Shown here piece after piece: positions 46,105 to 55,400 of a DNA stretch of 64,000 bases. This stretch comes from Candidatus Omnitrophota bacterium (GTDB taxonomy: Bacteria; Omnitrophota; Gorgyraeia; Zapsychrales; JANLHA01). The DNA lies in NCBI GenBank assembly GCA_029560465.1, contig JAKQKX010000069.1, positions 77,021-141,020 of the forward strand. The letters are read 5' to 3'. Numbering within the stretch: the first letter of the stretch is position 1; each line of letters opens with the position of its first letter. The notes beneath the pieces were generated by a model, which was not told the DNA's origin, searched no databases, and saw nothing but the letters and a program-made list of their open reading frames with translations. The position numbers and the translations under genes are program-made.

Positions 46105-47499
46105 ATGAGTTTACTTGCAATCTCTGTCTTGATTTTCACTTTTTTTCTCTTTGCATTGATTTTATTTCTAGCCAGCTGTTATAAACGATGTCCATCCAAT
46201 AAAATTTTAGCGATTTATGGAAAAGTAGGGGAAGGGAAGTCCGTGACGTGTTTTCATGGCGGCGGTGCCTTTATTTGGCCCTTAATCCAGGATTCAAAAT
46301 TTTTGGACTTAACACCTATGACGATCAGCATTCCGCTTAAAGGAGCCCTATCGTTCCAGAATATCCGGATTAATGTTCCCAGCACCTTTACGATCGCCAT
46401 CGACACATCTTCGGAAGCCATGCATAACGCTGCCGTCCGTCTTCTGGAATTGAACCAGCAGGAAATTGAAAAGATGGCCACGGAAATTATTTTCGGGCAG
46501 TTGAGGCTTACGGTGGCCACGTTGACGATTGAAGATATCAATCAGGACCGGGAAAAATTTTTGCAGGCGATCCGGAACAACATTGAGCCGGAGTTGAGAA
46601 AGATCGGCTTAACTTTGATTAACGTGAACATCACGGACATTGCTGATGAGTCGGGTTATATTGAGAGTATCGGGAAAAAGGCCGCGTCGACCGCGATCAA
46701 TCAGGCCAAGATTGATGTGGCGGAACAGGAGAAAAAAGGGGATGTCGGCGCCGCCGCGGCTCAAAGGGAACGCCGTATTCAGGTCGCGAGTTACAACGCA
46801 GAAGCGGTTGAGGGGGAGAATGTTGCTCAAGCGAACATTGTTAATTATAACGCTGATTTGGCGGAAAAAGCCGCGGACGCGGATCGCCGCGGGCAGGTCG
46901 CCCGGCAGAACGCGATCGCGGAAATCCAGAAAGCGAAAGCGTTGGCGGAAACGAAGCGTTTGGAAGCGGAAGAGATTGTCGTGAAAGAAATTGAAAAACG
47001 GAAGATAGAAATATCGGCCGAAGCGGAAGCCGAGCGGGTTCGTCGGGAGGCCCGGGGGCAGGCGGACGCGATTGTCGCTGTAAAATCCGCCGAAGCGGAA
47101 GGGATTCAGAAAGTCCTTGACGCCAAGGCAGAAGGGTATAACCAGTTGGTCAATTCTTGCGGTGATAACGCGAAAGATGCGGCGACCATGCTTATCGTCG
47201 AGAAGCTGGAAGATATCGTGAAATTGCAGACTGAAGCGATTCAGAAGTTAAAGATCGATAAAATCACCGTTTGGGACAGCGGGAACGCGGAAAAAGGCAG
47301 TTCGACGGCGAATTTTGTGAGCAATATGATTAAATCGTTGCCGGCTTTGCATGATATTGCGGGTATGGCCGGGGTTCAATTGCCGGATTATTTGGGTAAG
47401 ACGACGGACGGGAAGGAAAAGGTCACGCCTCCTTTGGGGAACAGGCCGAAACCGAATATTATAGTGAAAGAGGAAAAGAAGGAGCAGGAAAAGAAATAG
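46105..47499 (+). CDS. Flotillin-like SPFH domain protein
   Basis: YKRCPSNKIL.IYGK, HGGGAFIWPLIQD, GQLRL.VA...IEDIN.DR and an AEA-rich coiled coil. Confidence 0.93.
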   Translation: MSLLAISVLIFTFFLFALILFLASCYKRCPSNKILAIYGKVGEGKSVTCFHGGGAFIWPLIQDSKFLDLTPMTISIPLKGALSFQNIRINVPSTFTIAIDTSSEAMHNAAVRLLELNQQEIEKMATEIIFGQLRLTVATLTIEDINQDREKFLQAIRNNIEPELRKIGLTLINVNITDIADESGYIESIGKKAASTAINQAKIDVAEQEKKGDVGAAAAQRERRIQVASYNAEAVEGENVAQANIVNYNADLAEKAADADRRGQVARQNAIAEIQKAKALAETKRLEAEEIVVKEIEKRKIEISAEAEAERVRREARGQADAIVAVKSAEAEGIQKVLDAKAEGYNQLVNSCGDNAKDAATMLIVEKLEDIVKLQTEAIQKLKIDKITVWDSGNAEKGSSTANFVSNMIKSLPALHDIAGMAGVQLPDYLGKTTDGKEKVTPPLGNRPKPNIIVKEEKKEQEKK

Positions 47500-47510
47500 A
47501 ATTTGTCTTT

Positions 47511-47559
47511 AAAAAAGGGGGCAGCGTTTTTATTGAAAAAGCGCTACCCCCTTTTTTTT
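47511..47559. terminator. Bidirectional rho-independent terminator
   Basis: AAAAAAGGGGGCAGCG...CGCTACCCCCTTTTTTTT between convergent genes. Confidence 0.85.
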
Positions 47560-47569
47560 GTTGCCACTT

Positions 47570-49498
47570 TTATTTCCACAGTCGCTCGCTGGCGACTTTA
47601 AGAATGTCCTCCACCATGCGGGCATAGGATATGTCGGCCAATTTTGCCATTTTGGCCAGATGCCCGTCCCAGCACCATCCGGGGTTGGGGTTCACTTCTA
47701 GGAGTTTCGGATTCCCCGCTTTATCCAGTCGCCAGTCAACCCGCGCGTAGTCCCGGCATTCCAGGCGTTCGAAAAGCTTTAAACAACAGGCTTCAATATA
47801 TTTTTCTGCCTCATCCGGGAGATTGGCCGGCACAGACCGGATTTTCCCATAGGGAGATTCGGGTAGCCATTTCGCTTCATACCCGCAAATCCTCGGAAGT
47901 TCTTTGGGGAGATGGGAATAATCTTCTTCAATGATGGGGAGGATTGTGTAGGATTCAGGAGGATTCCCGATGATTCCAACGCTTAAATCCGCGCCTTCCA
48001 GGAATTCCTCGACCAGAATAGGCTTGTCAAAACCGATCTGGTCACGGATCCGCTGAATCGCGTTCACCAAATCTTCGATGTTATAGGCCACGCTTTTTTG
48101 CGTGATCCCAAGGCTGGAATCGCCGAAATTTGGTTTGACTAGGACAGGGAACGGGAAAGACAGGTCAAACACATTGTCTTCCGCTTTAATAAAGAAAGCG
48201 AGCGGAACCATGATCCCCATTTCGTTGGCAATCCCCCTGACCAGAGATTTGTCATAACAGTGGGCCAGACACTGGGGACCCGCCCCGGTATAAGGGATGT
48301 TTAACATCTCCAGAAGGGCAGGGACGTGCAGTTCTTTGCTGGCCATATTGTTGAAGCCTTCGTCACACAGATTGAATATAAAATCAATTTTGGCCCGGTT
48401 TTTTACGAGGTCATTGATTAAACTATCATGGTTATTAAAATACGTGAATTTATACATAGGCAACCGGCTGAGGACAGATTTCATCTGGTCGATGGTGTAG
48501 AAATCATCGTCATCAAACACCGAGGAAGGTTTTAGCGTATCGGTTTTTTGCGGATCCCCTAAAAGCACCGCCACATGCTTCAGGGCGACGCCCTTTTTGG
48601 CGACTGGCGGGGTCCATGCTTTCTTGACGACAGCCGTAACGATGACCCGCTGTTCCATCATGCCGAGGTCCTGGTTCCTTTGCGAATGCGTTTTGATTTC
48701 CTGGGCAAAGCAGATATCTTTAAACCCCGCGTTTTCAAGCAAGTTTGATAATGTCTCTCTGGAATAAAGCCGTTCCGCGTAGAATTGGTCGGCGACCACT
48801 CCTTTTTCCACATGAGAGATGACTTCCCGGCTGATGAGACGCTGTTTGTCTATGGATAAAGACCTTTCCCGGCAGACGAAATGTTTTTTGTCGATCCACT
48901 CCCAGCTCCTGGGGCTGAAATGCTTCTGAAGGTAGTCTCCGTCAGAGACATCAATGAGGATTTTCCCCCAAGGTTTGATGACCCGGAAGATTTCTTTTAA
49001 GACCAGAAGGTCGTCATTAATGGTTTCAAAATAGCCGAAACTGTTTCCCAGAAGAGTCACGCAGTCAAATTTGCATGCCGGGTAAGGGAGTTTTCTGGCG
49101 TCGCCTTCCTTGAATTTGATGTTTAATCCTTCCCGTTTGGTCTGCAGACGTGCCCGTTGGATGAGATAATGAGATCGGTCAAGGCCGTAGACGTTTTTAA
49201 AACCTTGCCGAGCGAGTTCAAGGCAATGCCGCCCTTGCCCGCAGCACAAATCCAGGATCAGGTGGTCTTTCTGCAGCTGGATAGAGGAGAGAAAAAGCTG
49301 TATTTCATGTCGGGTGATGGAAGGGTCGTCCACGACATCAGCATCGGTTTTTAAATAATTGGCGTTGAAGATGCGGCACCACCAGTCCGATGATACATGG
49401 GCCTCCAGGTCATCAATAGGGCCGAACGTCCTTTTTTCCGGTTGTACCCGTGGTTTAATTTTTTGTTGATCGCAGGGGCTTTCTACTGTGTCTCTCAT
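47570..49498 (-). CDS. Class I SAM methyltransferase fused to a D-Ala-D-Ala ligase-like ATP-grasp domain
   Basis: ILDLCCGQGRH and LGNSFGYF; C-terminal half has YTGAGP...DK, VKPNFGDSSLGI, VEEFLEG, YARVDWR and LEVNPNPG. Confidence 0.9.
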   Translation of the reverse strand: MRDTVESPCDQQKIKPRVQPEKRTFGPIDDLEAHVSSDWWCRIFNANYLKTDADVVDDPSITRHEIQLFLSSIQLQKDHLILDLCCGQGRHCLELARQGFKNVYGLDRSHYLIQRARLQTKREGLNIKFKEGDARKLPYPACKFDCVTLLGNSFGYFETINDDLLVLKEIFRVIKPWGKILIDVSDGDYLQKHFSPRSWEWIDKKHFVCRERSLSIDKQRLISREVISHVEKGVVADQFYAERLYSRETLSNLLENAGFKDICFAQEIKTHSQRNQDLGMMEQRVIVTAVVKKAWTPPVAKKGVALKHVAVLLGDPQKTDTLKPSSVFDDDDFYTIDQMKSVLSRLPMYKFTYFNNHDSLINDLVKNRAKIDFIFNLCDEGFNNMASKELHVPALLEMLNIPYTGAGPQCLAHCYDKSLVRGIANEMGIMVPLAFFIKAEDNVFDLSFPFPVLVKPNFGDSSLGITQKSVAYNIEDLVNAIQRIRDQIGFDKPILVEEFLEGADLSVGIIGNPPESYTILPIIEEDYSHLPKELPRICGYEAKWLPESPYGKIRSVPANLPDEAEKYIEACCLKLFERLECRDYARVDWRLDKAGNPKLLEVNPNPGWCWDGHLAKMAKLADISYARMVEDILKVASERLWK

Positions 49499-49553
49499 GG
49501 GTTCCTTTTTAGAAATGGGTTGGATAAATGGTTTAAAATAAGAAAATGGATAA

Positions 49554-49622
49554 TAAAAAAAGCATTCAGGTTCCAGCCAACATCTTTTGGGGGAGATTGT
49601 TAACCAAACCTTAAATGCTTTA
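49554..49622 (-). terminator. Intrinsic terminator in the 5' leader of the MTase-ligase gene
   Basis: Minus strand AAAGCATTTAAGGTT...AACCTGAATGCTTTTTTT long hairpin with U-tract, about 55 nt upstream of the ATG. Confidence 0.7.
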
Positions 49623-49629
49623 TTATGCT

Positions 49630-49712
49630 TTCTTCCCGTTGCAGATCGACAGAGAGAACCTCATAACCTGCGGTTGGAAAAGGAGTCTATCCAACATGGA
49701 ACACGGGATTTC
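49630..49712 (-). ncRNA. Candidate structured cis-regulatory RNA (riboswitch-like aptamer), family not recognised
   Basis: Closing stem CCCGT/ACGGG enclosing hairpins GTTGGA/TCCAAC and GCAGGT/ATCTGC; lies between promoter and terminator. Confidence 0.45.
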
Positions 49713-49735
49713 GGATCCTTGTATATTTTCCATCA

Positions 49736-49763
49736 ATCTTAACAACGTTTAGCATTTTGTCAA
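49736..49763 (-). promoter_or_regulatory. Sigma70 promoter driving the long leader of the MTase-ligase gene
   Basis: Minus strand TTGACA-N16-TAAGAT with TG extended -10. Confidence 0.6.
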
Positions 49764-49826
49764 GTAAAACAAAAGAGGGGAAGGAAATTAGTTGAGGGCG
49801 GGGATACCTGATTTCAGCGTTGTGGC

Positions 49827-49856
49827 TTGACAATGGCGGGGGTGGAATATTATAAT
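49827..49856 (+). promoter_or_regulatory. Sigma70 promoter of a small hypothetical gene
   Basis: TTGACA-N18-TATAAT. Confidence 0.6.
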
Positions 49857-49898
49857 CGCGAACAGTTCCATATAAAACATTTTTCAAGGAGGCATTTC

Positions 49899-50123
49899 TT
49901 GGCAAGAATTAATGAATTGATTGAGTGGGATGATTGTGGCTCCAGCTACAGTCTTTATGTCAGACATTTTTCCGATGATGAAGGCCAGGTAGGGGTTAAG
50001 ATGATTTTTGAAGATGTGACCCGTGAAAAAGTTACGGAAATAATGATCCCGGCCAGAAAATTCCCTTCGTTTTTAAGGGCGGTCAATGTCGGGCCCCGCA
50101 ATCCTTTCGGCAGTATTCTTTAG
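49899..50123 (+). CDS. Small hypothetical protein (74 aa)
   Basis: AAGGAGG RBS before in-frame TTG 49899; consensus promoter upstream. Confidence 0.6.
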   Translation: MARINELIEWDDCGSSYSLYVRHFSDDEGQVGVKMIFEDVTREKVTEIMIPARKFPSFLRAVNVGPRNPFGSIL

Positions 50124-50188
50124 GGCGTGGATTGGCTGATGTGTTTGGTTTTTTGTGCCTGATGGGGATTGTAAAAGGGCAAAAAATC

Positions 50189-50236
50189 TTGACAGGGTTC
50201 TTTCCGGATAGTAGCATATTCCCTTAAGGGAATATG
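50189..50236 (+). promoter_or_regulatory. Promoter and palindromic operator of the ArsR gene
   Basis: TTGACA-N17-TAGCAT overlapped by the perfect 22-bp palindrome CATATTCCCTTAAGGGAATATG (50215-50236). Confidence 0.75.
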
Positions 50237-50270
50237 GTCAAGAGGCTTTAATGGGCAGGGGAGGCTTGCT

Positions 50271-50645
50271 TTGGGCATCAAGAAGGTCCGGCAAATACTG
50301 AAATCGTTCGCAGACGATACGCGGCTGCGAATTATTAATTTATTAAACCAGCAGGAAGAACTGAGCGTGAGCGAACTGTGCCTGATTCTGGACGTTAACC
50401 AGTCCAGCCTTTCTAAGCACTTGGGCCGGCTAAGGTTAACAGGGATTGTGAATGACCGGCGAGAGGGGATGAGTGTTTATTATTCTCTTGTTAAACCTAA
50501 AGAAAAAGCCCACAGGGAGCTTTTGAACGCGATCACATCTGGCCTTGCCGAGTCACAAGCCTTTATCCGTGACTCCCTGAAATTAAAAGAAATTTATGGC
50601 CATAAGAAATCAAAGCCAAAGCGTGTTGGACGTGTTGGTGATTAA
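50271..50645 (+). CDS. ArsR/SmtB family transcriptional regulator
   Basis: KSFADDTRLRIINLL...ELSVSEL...QSSLSKHL..LR..GIV..RREG..VYYSL; GGAGG RBS. Confidence 0.92.
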   Translation: MGIKKVRQILKSFADDTRLRIINLLNQQEELSVSELCLILDVNQSSLSKHLGRLRLTGIVNDRREGMSVYYSLVKPKEKAHRELLNAITSGLAESQAFIRDSLKLKEIYGHKKSKPKRVGRVGD

Positions 50646-50788
50646 ACATCGGAATATCGGGGTGCCCCAGCACGGGTTACTAAGGAAGGGGGTGGACAAG
50701 GATATATTAACCAATCGTTTTAGATAAGATTTCAAATGAAGAATATTTATTAAGGAGCTGTTGCGCTCCACAATGAGCGGAGGAAGAA

Positions 50789-51151
50789 ATGAAAAAAGTA
50801 TTCATGACCCTTGGAGCGGCCCTTCTTACAGGGGTCGTAATGATTAACACGAGCGCGGTCTACGCTCAGGAAGACGATGTGGAGGAATATTCCTGGGGAA
50901 CCGTCGCGGAGATCTCCGGTGACCAGATTGTTATTGTTGAATATAATTATGAAACGGAAGAAGAACAGAATGAAACATACCTGATCGCCCCGGATGTCGA
51001 GTTGTTGGGAATCAGCGCGTTAAGCGAGATCAAGGTCGGAGATGCCGTCGAATTCCGGTATGCGGTGCAGGGCGGTAAGAAGGTTGTCTTGGCGATCGGT
51101 TTGGATAAGTCCGTTATGGAAGAAAGCCCTGCCGACGTCTTTAGCGAATAA
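50789..51151 (+). CDS. Hypothetical acidic secreted protein (OB-fold-like)
   Basis: GGAGG RBS, signal peptide (AVYA); WGTVAEISGD...LSEIKVGDAVEF. Confidence 0.75.
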   Translation: MKKVFMTLGAALLTGVVMINTSAVYAQEDDVEEYSWGTVAEISGDQIVIVEYNYETEEEQNETYLIAPDVELLGISALSEIKVGDAVEFRYAVQGGKKVVLAIGLDKSVMEESPADVFSE

Positions 51152-51190
51152 TCTATATAAGGATTTTTTAAGATTAGTGTTGAGGAGATT

Positions 51191-51532
51191 ATGAACTTAG
51201 AACCTAATAAACTCTATATAGGAAATTTGGGTTACGACGTGACAGATGATGACCTGACCGTGTTCCTGGAGCATAACGGAATTAATGTCCAGGCGTGCCA
51301 GGTCGTTATTGATAAAAATTTGGACCGGTCCAAAGGGTTCGCATTCGTAGAAGTGGCGTCTGCGGACGACCTTCGGAATGCGATCGAGAACGTGAACGGC
51401 AAAGAATTAAATGGCCGGGCCGTAAAAATTAATCAGGCCAGAGAGCGAAGGGAAAAAGAGGATAGCTCGTCCAAGCCGCATAGAAAAGGAAAACGCGGTC
51501 GGTTCCGAGACGAGTATGATGAGAATTATTAA
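51191..51532 (+). CDS. RRM (RNP-1) RNA-binding protein
   Basis: KLYIGNL (RNP2), RSKGFAFVE (RNP1) and NGKELNGRAVKINQAR. Confidence 0.93.
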   Translation: MNLEPNKLYIGNLGYDVTDDDLTVFLEHNGINVQACQVVIDKNLDRSKGFAFVEVASADDLRNAIENVNGKELNGRAVKINQARERREKEDSSSKPHRKGKRGRFRDEYDENY

Positions 51533-51570
51533 GCCCGCGTGATGCCTTTTGTGTGGGATATCAGGAGAAA

Positions 51571-51611
51571 AAGAGAGATATGAGCCGAAAGACGTTCGTA
51601 TCTCTTTTTTT
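51571..51611 (+). terminator. Putative rho-independent terminator after the RRM gene
   Basis: AGAGATATGAGC / GTTCGTATCTCT stem followed by a T-run. Confidence 0.6.
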
Positions 51612-51680
51612 ATCCTTTTCGTTTCTGTCCGAGCCTTTTGTAGACCAGGGGATTGCGCTTTGTGGAGGAGGTGAGATAGG

Positions 51681-52265
51681 ATGGGAAAAATCTTTATGGC
51701 TTTTATTCCTATTTGCGTTGCCGTGGACGCTTTGGGAGTTTTGCCGATTTATATTTCTTTAACCCAGGGGATGGATAAGAAAATTCAAAATAAGATTATC
51801 CGTCAGTCCATCCTGACTGCTTCTTTGTTAGCGTTTGGATTTATTTTTTTGGGTAAATTTATTTTCCGGATTTTGGGGATTACGATCGCTGATTTTATGA
51901 TCGCTGGAGGACTGATCCTGTTTTGTATCGCTTTATTAGATATTTTGAAACCCGGGAAACAAAGGCGTTATCCTCCCGATGATGTGGGGGCGGTTCCGAT
52001 CGGGACCCCGTTGATTACCGGGCCGGCTGTCCTGACGACATCGCTGGTTATGATGGATCAGTATGGATGGCTGGCCACTGTGTTCGCGGTTCTGGCCAAC
52101 GTCATTCTGGCGGGATGCGCTTTTTACAGCGCGGATTTTTTAGTCCAGCGATTGGGATTAACCGGCATCAGGGCCTTTTCCAAAGTCATGGCTTTATTGT
52201 TAGCCGCCATCGCGGTTGAGATGATCCGCAAGGGCGTCCTGCAAGTTTTTCCATGTAATGTATAA
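51681..52265 (+). CDS. marC: MarC family integral membrane protein
   Basis: FMIAGGLILF, VPIGTPLITGPAVLTT and KVMALLLAAIAVEMI. Confidence 0.92.
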   Translation: MGKIFMAFIPICVAVDALGVLPIYISLTQGMDKKIQNKIIRQSILTASLLAFGFIFLGKFIFRILGITIADFMIAGGLILFCIALLDILKPGKQRRYPPDDVGAVPIGTPLITGPAVLTTSLVMMDQYGWLATVFAVLANVILAGCAFYSADFLVQRLGLTGIRAFSKVMALLLAAIAVEMIRKGVLQVFPCNV

Positions 52266-52426
52266 CCTGTTTCCTGGTCCACCCCTTTGCTCCCTGAAGC
52301 CGTTGGACACGAAAAATGTCAAGGAGGGCTATCACGGAACGGGCCGGTTCAAATAGTGCTTCCCCGCGTTCCGTTTCAAGATTATAATTAGAAAAACTCA
52401 AAGCTAATCATACGGTATCTTTCCGC

Positions 52427-55400
52427 ATGCCCATGCCCGATTCCTTCTTCAATACGCTGAAAGTTTTATTCCAATCTTTTAGGGAACCCCCTATCAAACA
52501 TATCTGTTCTCTTGAAGCCGCTTACCAGAAAACGTTGGGCCCTTTTAATCCTGACACTTTAAGTGTCCTGCACACGCGCAGACGGGCGGAAAGGGCGTAC
52601 AAACGTTTGCGCTCTTATATTGTGTCTCTTCAACGCCATGCCCCGGCGGGGGCCACGCAAGGGCAGCGTATCCTCCGGGCGTATTTGGAGCGTATTGACG
52701 CGATCCATGGGGACGTGCGCCGCTGGGGCGCGTTGTCCTGTGACCTGCGGTGGCCCGAGGAGGGCCGTCTCCCTGGGGTTAAAACAAAGGACCGGATTGC
52801 TTTCCGGGAGCGCCTGGCTTCGGAGGCCAGGGAATTATGGGATGAGCTTCGGGCGCGGGTGCAAGGGGGCACATGGCCGCGACCCCGGGAACGGGACATT
52901 TATCTTCTTAAGCAACGGTTGGGACGGATGGAGGTGAATGACGGGGCTTGGCGGGGCGTGTTCCAGCAATTGTGCCTTTTGGTGGACCGGCATGTGCGTT
53001 TTGTTTTCATGGACGCACGATACGCCATGCGGCACCGTTTCCAAATCACCCTGGCGCAGGAATCCTTGTTGTCAGACCCCGGAGATTTCTTTGTGAAATC
53101 TGGGAAGGCGGGGGCAGGTGGGGCGGAGGGGAAGAAGCGGCTTATGCTTTTGGAAGATTGGGTGCACGGGTATTATCCCCCTTGGGCGCATATTCAGGCG
53201 GTGTACCAGCGCTGCGTGAGTCCGGTGATTAAATTTTTAGAGCGTTGCGAAGGGAAGCGGGTACGCGTTATTATGGCCGTTGGATTCCTTCTGGTCTTGG
53301 TGTTTGGCTCCGGGGTTTTTGTCCTCCGGCAGACCGACGCGGATAATCGTATGTGGCGGGTCATGGTTTTTGAAATCAAGAAATTAATCCGTTCCGATCC
53401 GGAATCCCTGGCGGATCAGGAAAAGAAGAAGTACTTTCGCGACCAGATCGCCCGGATTGATGAAATGTATTCTCCAGATCAAATCCGCGCCCATATCGAG
53501 GAGTTTTACGGCAGGGAACTCTATCGTACGCAGGAAGGGTTCCTTTTTTTCTGCAGGAATATTCTTAAAGGATTTTTTATGCTCTTGGCGGAATGGAAGG
53601 CCGATGACCAGCTGAAACAGGACGTCGTGGACGCGGCTTTTTATCTGGATGGACGTATCGCGGGGGCCGTTGCGCATATCATCGCTCTTTATGAACAGCC
53701 CATGATCCGTGAAGGGGAGCTCCGGGGGGAGATCCTGCGGATGCGCCGGGCCTTTGTCTCCTACAATGTTTTTCCGTTTACGTTTATTATCCTCGAAGAT
53801 GATGTCCCGTATCTTTTTCTGTTCTCCGAGACGGTGATAAAAAAGTACGTGCTGGCCAAAGAGGCGTTTGAAAGAATGCATCTGGATGGGAATTTGTATT
53901 CCGGCGCCGCTCTCTGGCCGGGGGTGGCTTATATTGTGGAAGGGGAAGAATACCCTTTTACGGACCGGTCCGGGTATTTTGAAGGAGAATTTGCCGTCAT
54001 ATTCCGGCGTTTTGCCCCAGAGGTGTTATGGACGGTTTATCATGAGGTCGGGCACGTGATCGATCATTTGCGTTTTCTCTTTGAAAGGAAACCCTACCCG
54101 GCTAACGTTGAATTGCATTCCATGTTGGCGCCTGTCATGTGGGCGGAAGACCGGAAGGCTTATGTGGCCCGGCGCTTGGCAGACGAAGCGGAAAAAGGGG
54201 ATGAGTTTGATAATTATTCCCAGGCGGCGAAAGGGCTTTTAAACGGGATGTTCATTTATCTGTCCGAACAAAATCCGCGCATTCGGGGCCCGTTGATTTC
54301 CAACCGGTTTGAGAAGGAACGCATCCGGCGGATAGTTGAGCTCGTCGGAGACATGGACCCGGAAGCATTGCATGAGGCGGCGTACGCATTTTATCGGCAG
54401 CCGCAGAAGTATTTGTCAACGGCGGAACCCGGCCGTTATGTGGCGTACCTTCAGAATTATCAGGAGGTCATCGCGGGAACGGATCATAAGGTCGCCCAGA
54501 GGGGTTTTATCCTGGGGGGAGGAGGTTGGGTCGGCCCGCGCAGTGGACCGCGGCTCATTTTTGACGGGGCCGACGACAATAGCCTTGGGAATGATTTTCA
54601 TTTATGGCTTTTCCTGAGAAACGCTGTTAGTCTTATTTTCTACCCGTCCCAAAACTTGCCTCAAGCCACGAGCGCGGAGTCGATCGTGGCATCGGTTATG
54701 GTTTTTGTTCTCTTTAACCTGACGGCTTTGATGATTCATGCCTTGGCCGCCCCTTACCGGAAGAAGATGTTTTCCGGATACGCGTTGGAGAGACGGGTTG
54801 ACCGTATCTATGACCATAATCCTTGGTCCCGCGGAATCAGTTACGGCGCGGAACTGCGGGAAAGGAAATTGTTGAAAAAAATTTTTTCGCCCAGAGGGCC
54901 ACTTGATCCGCAGATTAAAAAAGACATTCTTGCGTTTAAGTCAACCGCGCATGAACGGGAACGCGTGGTTTTTGATATTTGCCTTTTCCTGGCGCCGTTG
55001 AATCCGCGTCAGTCCGCCATCATAAATAAGGCGCATGACCTTTTGTTTTTTCTCCCTTTTTTAGGCCCGTATTTAGGCCGGTCACCCTGGCTCTGGCCGG
55101 TGCAGAGGCGGTTCCATCAGAGGGAACGTTATAATGAGCGGATCGAAATTTTGCTTTCAGGGATCGGCAAGGAACAATTGACTGTGGAGATGTTGCCTCT
55201 TGCCCTTCGCGGTTTGTTGCGTGAATTCGAGCTCCCCGTAAGTGCGGCTGCGGGACGGGGCTTTTTAAATGTTGCCGATATGTTTATTCGGCTTCGGTCC
55301 ATGGTGTTGGAGTCTCTTTTGAGGGAATCTCCGGTGACGCACATGAATTTTGATTTTATCCGGGATAAAATGCCAGAGAACCATGAGACCAGCGTTGAGT

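Noticed and set aside
49645-49668. Plus-strand CGACAG...AACCTCATAA resembling the 3' end of the c-di-AMP (ydaO) riboswitch
   Set aside because: It is on the wrong strand for the adjacent regulated gene, and the upstream conserved c-di-AMP elements are not visible.
51553-51762. 69-aa ORF between the RRM gene and marC
   Set aside because: It spans a terminator hairpin and overlaps the marC start out of frame; no support.
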